DNA from: Dehalococcoidia bacterium | GTDB lineage: Bacteria; Chloroflexota; Dehalococcoidia; Lucifugimonadales; UBA1127 | DNA: 50,083 bases | Assembly (NCBI GenBank): GCA_963694315.1 | Contig: CAVOCU010000002.1 | Coordinates: 1 to 50,083, forward strand | Direction: 5' to 3' | Part shown: in pieces, positions 18,458 through 27,995 of the stretch | Position numbering within the stretch: the first letter of the stretch is position 1 | How the letters are laid out: each line of letters opens with the position of its first letter | The notes under the pieces: generated by a model | Database searches by the model: none | What the model was told of the DNA's origin: nothing | The model's input: only the letters and a program-made list of their open reading frames with translations | Program-made: the position numbers and the translations under genes

Positions 18458-19489
18458 TTACGCAATGACTACCTGGGGCCCATCGCCGACAGGAGCCACG
18501 TCACCAACCACAATCGCCTCCGGGATACTGGCACAGACGGAAGCAATGTCACCTGGGGCCACTGCCACAATCATGCCGATGCCCATATTAAAGACGCGGT
18601 TCATCTCTTCTGCGCCCACCTTGCCCTGTTGTTGGATGAGTTGGAAGAGTGGGGGAACTTCCCATGTGCTGCTGTCCAATCGCGCAGCCACGCCCTCCGG
18701 CAGCATCCGAGGAACATTGTCGGTAAACCCGCCGCCCGTGATGTGCGCCATGCCCTTGATGCGGTCCAACACTGGCGTTAGCTGGGCTACGTACGACATG
18801 TGGGGAACCAGGAGTGCATCGCCCAGCGTCACGCCAAGCTCTGCTGTGTACTTGCTAAGAACCGTTGGATCGTCGTCAATGCCGAAGATGCGCCGGACCA
18901 GCGAGTACCCGTTGGTGTGCAGACCGTTAGACGGGAGGCCCACGAGCACGTCGCCTGCAACGATGCCAGCACCGTCAATTACAGCATCACGTTCCACAGC
19001 GCCCACCACAAATCCAACCAGTTCCACATCTTCGCCAACATACATGCCCGGCATCTCGGCAGTCTCGCCACCAATGAGGGCGCAGCCCAGAGCTTTGCAG
19101 GCATTCGCCATGCCAGAAACCAGGGATTCCACCTTCTCTGTAGATAGCGTGGCCATGCCCATATAGTCCAAGAAGAAGAGGGGCTTGGCGCCACACGTCA
19201 GAATATCGTTGGTGGTGTGGTTAACAATGTCTATACCCACGGTATCGTAGCGGCCCATGAGGCTGGCAATGCGGAGCTTGGTGCCAACGCCGTCCGTGTG
19301 GGCTACCAGGACAGGGTCTTTGTACCCCGCTACTTGATAGAGCGCGCCAAAGGCTCCAATGTCTCCCAGGACGCCGGGGGTGAAGGTGGATCTGGCGAGT
19401 TTGAAGATGCGGTCTTTCGCACTACCCGCGACATCACGGTCTACTCCGGCACCCTTGTAGACCTCTTCAGACACGGGTTGCTCCTTCAT
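18458..19489 (-). CDS. purM: Phosphoribosylformylglycinamidine cyclo-ligase (AIR synthetase)
   Basis: Contains YKGAGVD and THTDGVGTK, with a PurM N/C domain layout. Confidence 0.95.
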   Translation of the reverse strand: MKEQPVSEEVYKGAGVDRDVAGSAKDRIFKLARSTFTPGVLGDIGAFGALYQVAGYKDPVLVAHTDGVGTKLRIASLMGRYDTVGIDIVNHTTNDILTCGAKPLFFLDYMGMATLSTEKVESLVSGMANACKALGCALIGGETAEMPGMYVGEDVELVGFVVGAVERDAVIDGAGIVAGDVLVGLPSNGLHTNGYSLVRRIFGIDDDPTVLSKYTAELGVTLGDALLVPHMSYVAQLTPVLDRIKGMAHITGGGFTDNVPRMLPEGVAARLDSSTWEVPPLFQLIQQQGKVGAEEMNRVFNMGIGMIVAVAPGDIASVCASIPEAIVVGDVAPVGDGPQVVIA

Positions 19490-19553
19490 TGTGGTGTGCG
19501 CGAGTCAAGTATGGTAAATCTAAAGTGACCCTACCCCCTGGTAGCTTAGGTGC

Positions 19554-20954
19554 TTAGTGTCGTTCCAACACCATCTTACCCAACTCCAGCTGGACTTCAA
19601 TGGGGTATCGGCCGGTGAAACACGCCGCGCAGCACTGGTCAGCCTCTTTGCCTATGGCCCTGAAGAGTCCCTCTACGCTGAGGTACTCCAGGGAGTCTGC
19701 CCCAACGAATTCACATATCTCCGGGATGGTCTTCTGAGCTGCCAGCAACTCCCCCTTGGAAGCCATATCCACGCCAAAGTGGCAGGGAGAGATGATAGGT
19801 GGAGCACACACTCGAAGGTGGACTTCCTTGGCTCCGGCACTGCGGAGAAGGTTGACCACATGGGGCGTTGTCGTACCCCGGACAATACTGTCATCCACAA
19901 CAATCACGCGTTTACCCGCCAGCACTTCTGGAAGCGGGTTGAACTTCTGGCGGACGCCCAGATCCCTGAGCCTCTGGTTGGGTTGGATAAACGTCCTGCC
20001 TACGTAGCGATTCTTAATCAGTCCCTCTTGGTAGGGAATCCCTGCTGCTTCTGCGTACCCGATAGCTGCTGCAGTAGCTGAGTCCGGCACACCCATGACC
20101 ATGTCCGCATCAACCGGGGATTGGATGGCAAGCTGTCTGCCCATCTCTCGCCGTGCTGAGTGGACTGGTCGCTTATCAACAATGCTGTCCGGCCTGGCAA
20201 AGTAGATGTACTCAAAGGAACAGAGCGCTCGTTTCCCCTCGTTGCCGTTATGGATGGTCCGGAGGCCCTCAGCATCAATTTGTATGGCCTCTCCCGGCTC
20301 CAGCTCGCGAAGAAGCGTTGCGCCAATGTGATCCAGGGCGCAGGACTCAGACGCCACAACCCAGCCACCGTTGTACATTCCAACGCACAGTGGCCGAACC
20401 CCAAGGGGGTCACGCATGGCAATCAGCGTATCTTTTGTGAGGAATGCCACTGAGTACGCACCCTGCAATCTGCGCATCAAGTAGGCAATACGCTCGCCCC
20501 AGTCTTTACCAGGAGCATTTACTGCCAGTTGGGCAATAACCTCAGAGTCAGTTGTCGTAGTAAATCGGCAACCCCAGTCACCTTCCAGCTCCACCCGTAG
20601 TGGTAGAGCATTAATGACATTGCCGTTGTGGGCTAGGGCGATACGGCCGTGGATGCCTTCAACCTCAAGGGGTTGTGCGTTGTCCAGGTGTGTTGATCCC
20701 GTGGTGGAATAGCGTGTGTGTCCAACTGAGATGTGGCCTGGGAGACGACTGAGGTCAAACTCATGGAACGCCTGAGTGACCAATCCCATCTCTGTCCTAC
20801 AGGAGATGGTAGACCCATCCGCTGCCGCAATACCGGCAGACTCCTGGCCTCTATGCTGAAGAGCAAATAGTCCGAAAAATGCAGCCCTTGCCGCCTCTTC
20901 ACCGGGAGTGAAAACGCCAACAACACCACAGGCTTCTCGGGGTGGGTTTGCCAC
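19554..20954 (-). CDS. purF: Amidophosphoribosyltransferase
   Basis: Contains the catalytic N-terminal Cys context CGVVGVF and the PRPP loop VIVVDDSIVRGTT. The track ORF runs to 21059, leaving 43 aa before the Cys. I prefer GTG 20954 (GGAGG 4 nt upstream), which gives an 8-aa propeptide. The start is uncertain. Confidence 0.9.
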   Translation of the reverse strand: MANPPREACGVVGVFTPGEEAARAAFFGLFALQHRGQESAGIAAADGSTISCRTEMGLVTQAFHEFDLSRLPGHISVGHTRYSTTGSTHLDNAQPLEVEGIHGRIALAHNGNVINALPLRVELEGDWGCRFTTTTDSEVIAQLAVNAPGKDWGERIAYLMRRLQGAYSVAFLTKDTLIAMRDPLGVRPLCVGMYNGGWVVASESCALDHIGATLLRELEPGEAIQIDAEGLRTIHNGNEGKRALCSFEYIYFARPDSIVDKRPVHSARREMGRQLAIQSPVDADMVMGVPDSATAAAIGYAEAAGIPYQEGLIKNRYVGRTFIQPNQRLRDLGVRQKFNPLPEVLAGKRVIVVDDSIVRGTTTPHVVNLLRSAGAKEVHLRVCAPPIISPCHFGVDMASKGELLAAQKTIPEICEFVGADSLEYLSVEGLFRAIGKEADQCCAACFTGRYPIEVQLELGKMVLERH

Positions 20955-21270
20955 ACGCCCTCCCTGTCGGCAGTTTTGGGTAGAGCACCCAATTAGTAGA
21001 CCCGCTATTCCAAGTGCACTAAAAGTATAGCTCTCTAGTTTCAGCAGGGTCAACGGCATTTCACGCCGTTTTGACTACAAACCCCACCAATCTGGGAATG
21101 GGTGTTCCAACAAGCTCTGTGGTAATTCAGAAAACCCAACAGTATCCCATCAGCCGCCAACTGCTACAATAACACTATGAGCACTATTCTTTCAGATACA
21201 TTTCAAACAAACCAAACAGCCTTATTACTATTATTCTTAGTTCCTAATAAGCTAAGTATTATATAAACCT

Positions 21271-22569
21271 ATGATAGATACTGTTGATATTGTTGTTCAA
21301 GCAGGAAATGGTGGGGATGGCTTTTTAGCCTTCCGCCGAGAGAAGTTTGTTGCCCGTGGTGGCCCTGAGGGTGGCGATGGGGGCGACGGAGGCTCTATTT
21401 ATTTGTTAGCTACGCCTGATGAGAATACCCTTCAACACCTTACGTACAAGCGAAGGCATAGGGCTGCTGATGGCACAGCAGGGAAGCGCTCTAATAAACA
21501 CGGCAGGAATGGCGAAGATATTGTCATCCTTGTTCCTGTGGGGACTATCGTCTCCCAAACATTTGGCGCGGATGAAGGTGTTCCCCCTATAGACCTCTCA
21601 GAAGATGGCATGAAAGTACTCATCGCCAGAGGCGGATCAGGTGGTAAGGGCAACGCCCAGTACGTTTCTCCAACAAATCAGGAACCCCTTCTGCGAGAAT
21701 CAGGCGAAAAGGGGGACACCCGCCAACTCTCGTTAGAGGTTAAAGTCCTAGCGGATGTTGGGGTTATTGGTGTCCCCAACGCGGGGAAATCAAGCTTCGT
21801 CACTAGGGTGACCGCAGCAAGGCCCAAAATTGCAGCATACCCGTTCACAACGCTTGAGCCTGTTCTTGGGGTTGTGGAAAACCGGCGGGAAACCTTTGTT
21901 ATTGCAGAGATACCCGGCTTGGTAGAAGGCGCGCACCAGGGGATTGGCCTTGGGCATGAGTTCCTTCGCCATGCTGAGCGGACGCGCATCTTCCTCCATC
22001 TCCTGGACGGCAATGGGATAGACCCCATCGATGATTATCGCAAGGTCAACGAGGAGTTGAGGCAGTACAGCCCTGACTTGGCAACGCGGCCCCAGATTGT
22101 CGTGATAAACAAGACAGACGTAGCGGAAGTGCAAGAGCGATTGCCAGAGCTGATAAGTGCGTTGAAGGCGCTTAATGTGGAGCCTCTTTCCATATCTGCA
22201 GCCACGGGAGACGGCATCCAGCCGGTATTGGATAGGTTGTTGGCGGGAGTGAATCCTGCCGAAGATAAGAAGGCACCACCCCAAATAAAGGTGATTGATG
22301 GTGCCCCCGTGAAGCCAAGGACAGGCAGGGTTCTCGTGCTGGAAGACGGAACGTTCTCTGTGAACTGGTCAAAGGCGGAACGCCTTATTACGCTGGCAAA
22401 CACGGATGACCACCTCATTGTTGGGCAACTCTTCCGGGAGTTCAGGAAATTGGGTGTAACGGATGCGCTGGAAGCAAAGGGCGTGAAGTACGGGGACACT
22501 GTCCAGATTAGTGATTGGGAGTTCACTTGGGGTGATGTCCTGTCCCCGGAATTGGATGAATCGTACTAA
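21271..22569 (+). CDS. obg: GTPase Obg/CgtA with C-terminal OCT domain
   Basis: Contains a Gly-rich Obg fold (GNGGDGFLAFRREKFVARGGPEGGDGGDGGS), G1 GVPNAGKSS and G3 DIPGL-type EIPGLVEGA. Confidence 0.95.
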   Translation: MIDTVDIVVQAGNGGDGFLAFRREKFVARGGPEGGDGGDGGSIYLLATPDENTLQHLTYKRRHRAADGTAGKRSNKHGRNGEDIVILVPVGTIVSQTFGADEGVPPIDLSEDGMKVLIARGGSGGKGNAQYVSPTNQEPLLRESGEKGDTRQLSLEVKVLADVGVIGVPNAGKSSFVTRVTAARPKIAAYPFTTLEPVLGVVENRRETFVIAEIPGLVEGAHQGIGLGHEFLRHAERTRIFLHLLDGNGIDPIDDYRKVNEELRQYSPDLATRPQIVVINKTDVAEVQERLPELISALKALNVEPLSISAATGDGIQPVLDRLLAGVNPAEDKKAPPQIKVIDGAPVKPRTGRVLVLEDGTFSVNWSKAERLITLANTDDHLIVGQLFREFRKLGVTDALEAKGVKYGDTVQISDWEFTWGDVLSPELDESY

Positions 22570-22664
22570 GGTTGCCCCCTTGACGCTCTCACCCCCTCCT
22601 ACGTACCATTCCGCCTTGTTATACGCCTTGAATTGCTAGGGAATCATTTCTGTAAGGAGCTTGG

Positions 22665-23276
22665 TTGGTGAAGCTGGGAATTCTAGGCGGCACCTTTGAC
22701 CCTGTCCATCTTGGGCACCTCATCATCGCAGAGGAAGCCATGACTTCTTTGGGCCTTGATCGTGTCCTCTTCGTTCCTGCCGGTGACCCTTGGCTCAAAG
22801 CTGGTATGGAAATCACTCCTCGCCAGCACAGGCTGGCCATGGTGCTTGCTGCCGTTGTAGACAACCCGAAGTTTAATGTGTCGCCCTCTGAGTTGGAGCG
22901 CTTCGGCCCCTCATACACCGTTGAGACCCTTGAGGAGTTCCAAGAGGACTACGGCTTGCAGACAGCGTTGTACTTTATCATCGGTGCCGATGCCCTTCGA
23001 GACTTTGGCAGGTGGCGCGATCCCCAGCGCGTGCTGGAGCTATGCACCCTTGCAGTGGTGGGTCGGCCGGCCCAAGCGTCGCTTGACCTAACGGAACTTG
23101 AGGCAATCCTGCCCGGGATAGGCCAGCGTGTGGCCTGGGTAGACGACGTAGACATCGATATCAGCGCTACGGATATCCGTCAGCGTGTGGCAGAGGGTAG
23201 GTCAATCAAGTCTCTGGTTCCACCAGCGGTAGAGGCATACATCCAGGAGCAGTATCTATACAAGGAGAAGCGATGA
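22665..23276 (+). CDS. nadD: Nicotinate-nucleotide adenylyltransferase
   Basis: Contains GILGGTFDPVHLGHL. The start is TTG 22665 or GTG 22668, with AAGGAG upstream. Confidence 0.9.
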   Translation: MVKLGILGGTFDPVHLGHLIIAEEAMTSLGLDRVLFVPAGDPWLKAGMEITPRQHRLAMVLAAVVDNPKFNVSPSELERFGPSYTVETLEEFQEDYGLQTALYFIIGADALRDFGRWRDPQRVLELCTLAVVGRPAQASLDLTELEAILPGIGQRVAWVDDVDIDISATDIRQRVAEGRSIKSLVPPAVEAYIQEQYLYKEKR

Positions 23277-23839
23277 CAGCGGAGCGGCGAGAACGTATTC
23301 TGTCCCTGACCAACGAATTAGGCGCACTGACCTACGGTGATTTTGTCCTGAGTTCCGGTGAGAAGAGTACCTACTACTTTGACGGTAGGCTCCTGTCCCT
23401 GAACCCAGAGGGGGCCAGCCTTATTGGGCCGGAGTTCCTGCAAATCGCAATAGACAGCGGTGCAGACGCCATCGGAGGCCTCACCCTTGGTGCGGATCCC
23501 ATCGTTTCCAGCGTTGTCCTCACCAGCTACCTTGCCGGGTCTCCTGTGCAGGGGTTCCTGGTGCGGAAAGAAGCGAAGGGCCACGGGGGTGGTCGCCTGA
23601 TTGAAGGGCCGCTCAAGCGCGGCTCCAAAGTCCTTATCGTCGATGACGCTTGCAGCACTGGCGGATCCCTGTTCCAGGCGATAGCCGCCGCAGAGGCCGA
23701 GGGCTGCAAGGTGGTTCACGTGGCATCCATCATTGACCGACACCAGGGCGGCGATGAGGAGCTTGCCCGTCGAGGCTACCCTTTCACGGCCCTGCTGGAA
23801 TCAACTCCTGAAGGCGTCGTCCGCCCACTGGGCGGCTAG
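23273..23839 (+). CDS. pyrE: Orotate phosphoribosyltransferase
   Basis: Contains the PRPP motif VLIVDDACSTGGS and KEAKGHG. ATGA overlap with nadD. Confidence 0.85.
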   Translation: MTAERRERILSLTNELGALTYGDFVLSSGEKSTYYFDGRLLSLNPEGASLIGPEFLQIAIDSGADAIGGLTLGADPIVSSVVLTSYLAGSPVQGFLVRKEAKGHGGGRLIEGPLKRGSKVLIVDDACSTGGSLFQAIAAAEAEGCKVVHVASIIDRHQGGDEELARRGYPFTALLESTPEGVVRPLGG

Positions 23840-24160
23840 GTGGCTTAGCCACTTTTGTGCTTCGCGGGTGTCGGTCGGGCGGGTATTTAGCCGGCTAAAG
23901 GGCCAGCACCGGCTAGAAGAAATAACCAATAGCGGTGTAAAAGGTCAGCACTCATATACCTTTAGCGCTACTGGCAGTAGTTGTCGCAGATCAAGAACGA
24001 CGGTGTTAATTGTCACCATCATGTGCGGGGGTAGGCTTCTCTTCTGCTACTTCTTCAACCGCTTCCGGTTGGGCAGGTTCACTGGCTGCAGAAAGAAACC
24101 AATAGCTGTCTAGGTAGCTCACCACAGCCGATTCAATCACCTCGGAGTCATCAAGTTAAG

Positions 24161-24202
24161 GCCAGACCCAGACGTATATGCGCTGCGACGAGGAGACTAA
24201 AG
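24161..24202 (-). repeat. Single A-type repeat unit next to the tsaD stop
   Basis: GCCAGACCCAGACGTATATGCGCTGCGACGAGGAGACTAAAG. Confidence 0.7.
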
Positions 24203-24220
24203 CCACCCGTTAGGCCAAGC

Positions 24221-25330
24221 TCAGTCTTGTGGGGCCAGGCTCAGCCTGGGGTTGGCGTCCACTGCCAAGGTGGGCTGGAGGCCTCGCTGCATACCGTAGA
24301 ACGCCGCTGCGGCAATCATAGCGCCGTTGTCCGTGCACAGCACCAGGCGAGGGATGACCACAGGAACCGGTGACTTCTCCCGGATAGTTGCCCTTAGCAA
24401 TGCGTTGGCTGAAACGCCGCCGCCCACCACAATCCCTCTGGCGGCATATTGTTCAACGGCCTCCAGCGTTTTCCCTACCAGCACATCCACCACCGCGTCC
24501 TGGAACCCTGCAGCCAGAGCCTTTCGCTGCTCTTCACCAGCTTCGGCCAGGCCCTCAGACCTGTCCCCTCCATATGTCGCTGCGGCGAGGGGACTAAAGC
24601 CCGCGCCCTGGTCAGGAACGCCCTGGTCTACGCCCACCGCCACGCCAAGCTCCTTGGCTTTCCTCAGCAGTGCAGTCTTGAGGCCGCTGAAGCTGAACTC
24701 CAAGGTGCCACGCATCCACGGTCTAGGCAGGGGCTCAGAGCGTGTTGCCAGGGCCGCCTCGCGCTGGACTGCCGGCCCGCCGGGGTAGCCGAGGCCTAAT
24801 ACTCGCGCCGCTTTATCAAAAGCCTCTCCCGCTGCATCGTCACGGGTGCTGCCCAGGAGTTGGTAATCGCCGTGACCTCGCATCAGAACCAGCTCCGTGT
24901 GCCCGCCGGACACCAGCAGACAGACCATAGGGAAGCCTATAGCCTCCTCTGGCGTGGGGCCTTCCTCAAGCCAGCCCGCGTACATGTGTCCTTCAAGGTG
25001 GTTCATGCCGTACAGAGGCACTCCAAGGCCCATAGCGATGCCTTTGGCGTAGTTCACGCCCACCAGGAGAGAACCCGCCAGTCCGGGGCCAGCAGTGACC
25101 GCTACAGCGTCTAGATCGGTGGGGGCCACGCCAGCCTCGGCGAGGGCAGCGCGGTAGATGGGGGTGATGGCTAGCATGTGCTGTCGTGACGCGACTTCCG
25201 GGACGACGCCACCGTAGCGGGCGTGCACCTCGACTTGGGAGCTGATGACGTTGGAGAGGATGATACGTCCGTCACGGACAACAGCAACAGCCGTTTCGTC
25301 GCAGGAGGTCTCAATGCCAAGTACTAGCAT
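24221..25330 (-). CDS. tsaD: tRNA N6-adenosine threonylcarbamoyltransferase
   Basis: Contains [22 protein letters not shown] and CTDNGAMIA. At 369 aa it is about 30 aa longer than usual because of an internal insert. Confidence 0.93.
   Translation of the reverse strand: MLVLGIETSCDETAVAVVRDGRIILSNVISSQVEVHARYGGVVPEVASRQHMLAITPIYRAALAEAGVAPTDLDAVAVTAGPGLAGSLLVGVNYAKGIAMGLGVPLYGMNHLEGHMYAGWLEEGPTPEEAIGFPMVCLLVSGGHTELVLMRGHGDYQLLGSTRDDAAGEAFDKAARVLGLGYPGGPAVQREAALATRSEPLPRPWMRGTLEFSFSGLKTALLRKAKELGVAVGVDQGVPDQGAGFSPLAAATYGGDRSEGLAEAGEEQRKALAAGFQDAVVDVLVGKTLEAVEQYAARGIVVGGGVSANALLRATIREKSPVPVVIPRLVLCTDNGAMIAAAAFYGMQRGLQPTLAVDANPRLSLAPQD
24548..24628 (-). repeat. Repeat element (D-like / A / D-like modules) inserted in frame inside tsaD
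   Basis: 24571-24599 is CATATGTCGCTGCGGCGAGGGGACTAAAG, a perfect A unit. In the gene sense it is translated as FSPLAAATY (residues 245-253). The flanks resemble D modules. Confidence 0.8.
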
Positions 25331-25332
25331 GG

Positions 25333-26010
25333 CTAGCTGGCAGGAGCGTTGAGGATAAGTGCCAGGAAGAGGGGATCATCTCCCATCAGTAGGCCCAGTT
25401 TCTCCACGGAGGCCTGGGGCGATGTGGACATGATGTTTTCCAGGCCGTCGTAGCCCACTGCGTCCTCAAGGGAACCGCTAGCTACCAAAAGGGATTCGCC
25501 GAGTCTTAGGGATGGACGCGCCATCGTCACCTCTATCGCGTCAGAAGACGTGCCCAGCACCGGGGAAGACGTTCCCTGGACAGCAGGGGTGACTTTACTG
25601 ACGCCATGTTGGTCTCGCAGATAGATGACAGAGTCACCAACCACGGCCATATAGGCGTCATTGCCCCGCATGGCCAGGCAGGCAACCCCCACGCCAACGC
25701 GGGCCGCCATGTCATGGGAGGCGTTGGCAGCTTCAAGGTCTTTGTGGCATGTCTGGAAGGCGTCCTGCAACACAGAGGTGAGGGACGCTCGACCACCGCT
25801 AGTGAGACTCCGCTGGAGGGATGAGAGAGCAAGCTTGCACAGAGGCTCCGGTTCCGTGGCAGACGACTCTATCAAGAGGTGGAACCGAACTGAATCCTGG
25901 CTCCCTTTTCCGGAGAACGTGGCGTAGAACGGTGAGGGGTTACCCTGGGGGTTTCCCTCTCGGATGACAAGGGGTGTGATTTGCGGTGTTCCAGCCATGA
26001 TGGCCTCCAT
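25333..26010 (-). CDS. PP2C-like domain protein, possibly catalytically degenerate
   Basis: [26 protein letters not shown] and [15 protein letters not shown] resemble PP2C motifs. SDGL is replaced by SGSL and I see no clear N-terminal metal-binding Asp motif. Confidence 0.45.
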   Translation of the reverse strand: MEAIMAGTPQITPLVIREGNPQGNPSPFYATFSGKGSQDSVRFHLLIESSATEPEPLCKLALSSLQRSLTSGGRASLTSVLQDAFQTCHKDLEAANASHDMAARVGVGVACLAMRGNDAYMAVVGDSVIYLRDQHGVSKVTPAVQGTSSPVLGTSSDAIEVTMARPSLRLGESLLVASGSLEDAVGYDGLENIMSTSPQASVEKLGLLMGDDPLFLALILNAPAS

Positions 26011-26034
26011 AGTCGAGTCGCGTCTTCATGATAG

Positions 26035-26083
26035 CATGTGTCGCTGCGGCGAGGGGACTAAAGACGCAGCCGGATAGCTAAAG
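26035..26083 (-). repeat. Two repeat units between the TPP-decarboxylase beta gene and the PP2C-like gene
   Basis: CATGTGTCGCTGCGGCGAGGGGACTAAAG followed by ACGCAGCCGGATAGCTAAAG. It abuts the stop codon at 26084. Confidence 0.85.
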
Positions 26084-26647
26084 CTACGAAGCGGCAAAGG
26101 TCTTGCGGAACCGTTGGAGGTTGTCCTCAAGGGAGACCTCGGGTCGATTCGGCTTGTCCCCGCCTTCAACGTCTGCCACGATGCACCACGGGCCGTCCTC
26201 CGTCATAGCGCGGTCAAACATCTCCTCCAGAGCCTCTAGCGTAGACACAGCTTCCACCTTCGGAATACCAGCGCCCTTCGCTATAGCGGCAAGGTCAGTG
26301 ACGCCTGCCGTGTGTGTTGGCTGACCGCCCGTCCCTGCCCACTGGTGGTTGTCCCACACAATATGGATCATGTTGCGAGGGTTCTGTCGGGCAATGGTGC
26401 CTAGCGAGCCCAGGTTCATCAGCAGTGAGCCATCGCCGTCCATGACAATAACCTTGCGGTCAGGCGCAGCAAGGGCTACGCCAAGGCCTATGGATGATGA
26501 CAGCCCCATTGCCCCCCAGGTGTACAGGTTGGCATCCCGTTCCTCAGACAGGTTGTGAAGGTGGAACGTAGTACCTCCCAGGTTGGCGATGATAGGTTCA
26601 TCTTTCACGCGATCTAGAACTGACTGGATGGCATCAAGCCGGAGCAT
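26084..26647 (-). CDS. TPP-dependent decarboxylase beta subunit (sulfopyruvate decarboxylase ComE-like; PP domain)
   Basis: Contains the TPP motif VMDGDGSLLMNLG...N. I chose ATG 26647 because AGGAGG lies 5 nt upstream. Confidence 0.7.
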   Translation of the reverse strand: MLRLDAIQSVLDRVKDEPIIANLGGTTFHLHNLSEERDANLYTWGAMGLSSSIGLGVALAAPDRKVIVMDGDGSLLMNLGSLGTIARQNPRNMIHIVWDNHQWAGTGGQPTHTAGVTDLAAIAKGAGIPKVEAVSTLEALEEMFDRAMTEDGPWCIVADVEGGDKPNRPEVSLEDNLQRFRKTFAAS

Positions 26648-27146
26648 CGCGGCCTCCTGTGAGCAGAGTTGAGAGGAGATTGGCAACGGGCAATCGTCCG
26701 GCGTAGCAGAGTGCTATCCCGCCTTTGATGATTGCGTCCAACTCGTCCTCTCTGGTAAGGCTGAAGTACTGCAACCCCAACGAATCAAGAATGCCGGGTA
26801 TGGCCCTGGCACCAGGAACCTGCGCCATGTTGAACTCGCCGGGCCCGCCTCGCATACCAATGAACATGGGGAAGGGGATGCGTGAGGGGATGTTCAGTGT
26901 AGCCAGCGCGTTGATGCAGTTGCCAAAGCCGCTGCTCTGCATGAAGACCGCGCCGCACTTTCCGGCAGCGTATGCCCCGGAGATAATGCCGATAGCTTCC
27001 TCTTCTCGAGAGGAAGGCACCATATGGAAGAAGGGGTCCTGTTCCATTTTGCTGAGGATGCGCCAGGTAATCCCGTCAGGGACGTAGGCAATGATGCTGA
27101 CGTCCGCGTCTTTAAGACCCTGGATGATTTGATCTGCCCAGGCCAT
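26634..27146 (-). CDS. TPP-dependent decarboxylase alpha subunit (sulfopyruvate decarboxylase ComD-like; PYR domain)
   Basis: PYR-domain pattern SREEEAIGIISGAYAAGKCGAVFMQSSGFGN. I chose ATG 27146 because AGGAG lies upstream. It overlaps the beta-subunit start by 14 nt. Confidence 0.7.
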   Translation of the reverse strand: MAWADQIIQGLKDADVSIIAYVPDGITWRILSKMEQDPFFHMVPSSREEEAIGIISGAYAAGKCGAVFMQSSGFGNCINALATLNIPSRIPFPMFIGMRGGPGEFNMAQVPGARAIPGILDSLGLQYFSLTREDELDAIIKGGIALCYAGRLPVANLLSTLLTGGRDAPA

Positions 27147-27280
27147 ATAGCTACTCCTGTTGCAGGATTCTCCTGCTCCTGATCCCTTGCACAATGATTA
27201 GGCAGGGACAGCTTAGGACAAACCAGCGTGAAGGGCTAGCCCTGAACCCTCTTCCTGCGATTGCCTAGGGGTCGGTTGGG

Positions 27281-27326
27281 CCACAAAAAATAAGGGCCTC
27301 CATATGAAGGCCCTTATTTTTTGTGG
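27281..27326. terminator. Bidirectional terminator-like 19-bp perfect inverted repeat
   Basis: CCACAAAAAATAAGGGCCT-CCATATGA-AGGCCCTTATTTTTTGTGG. Confidence 0.65.
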
Positions 27327-27354
27327 GGGTCTAGTTACTTAGGGTCGACGGTCG

Positions 27355-27995
27355 GTGCCGGCGTCAGCGCCCGTTGGGGAGCTAGAAGCTTCTGGCCTGA
27401 TGGCGTCCGCTCCAGCATCGGCGGGTCTGTCAGCGGTTCGGCTGCGAGCGCCTGTTGCTATACCAGCGGCCCTGTCAAAGCCAGCGGAGGCCCTGTCCAT
27501 TGCGCCCTTTGGACGCAGCCCTCGGTCACGTTTGAGGGGAAGTGGCACCACATCGATGCTGCTGGCATCAACCCACTGCCCGTCCAGCGACCCATCCCGG
27601 TCTGGTTCGGTGGCGGCGCCGACGCCCTACTCCGACGTATTGCCAGGATGGGTGACGGGTGGATTAGGGAGCCGCAGGTGCAGACGCGAAAAGAGAACCA
27701 GGCGATGCTTGACCGTTTGTTCGGTTTTGCCGAGGAGCTTGGTAGGGACCCCGCCAGCATTGGGATTGAAGGGCGCATAGAGTTTGTGGACAACCCGACG
27801 GAGCCGGCTGTGCTGGCTGCGTTACGCGACTGGCAGGACATGGGTGTGAACATCGTGACGTTGAGCACTAGGGCCGTTGGGCTGGACTCGCCCCAGGAGC
27901 AGATGAACGCCCTCAAGAAGTACATGAATGTTGCGATACCCTTTAGGTGCAGGGTCTTTAGCCCTCCGGCCCGCAGCGCACATGCCGGACTTTAG
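27355..27995 (+). pseudogene. Remnant of an LLM-class (luciferase-like, F420/FMN-dependent) oxidoreductase: C-terminal half only, with a frameshift
   Basis: ALWTQPSVTFEGKWHHIDAAGINPLPVQRPIPVWFGGGADALLRRIARMGDGWI matches the C-terminal half of LLM proteins. The upstream residues are plausible only in another frame (...PAALSKPAEALSIA...). A terminator hairpin sits where the N-terminal half should be. The 3' end runs into a repeat array. Confidence 0.6.

Noticed and set aside
23733-24140. Track ORF 23733..24113 (+), and a 44-codon minus-strand ORF (24006..24140, VIESAVVSYLDSYWFLSAASEPAQPEAVEEVAEEKPTPAHDGDN), in the 380-bp gap after pyrE.
   Set aside because: The plus ORF mostly overlaps pyrE out of frame and has odd composition. 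The small minus ORF has only a GTG start with poor RBS spacing and no recognisable family. It is left uncalled, though the gap, which also holds the palindrome TTTAGCCGGCTAAA at 23886-23899 and a diverged repeat unit at 23953-23980, deserves a transcriptome check.
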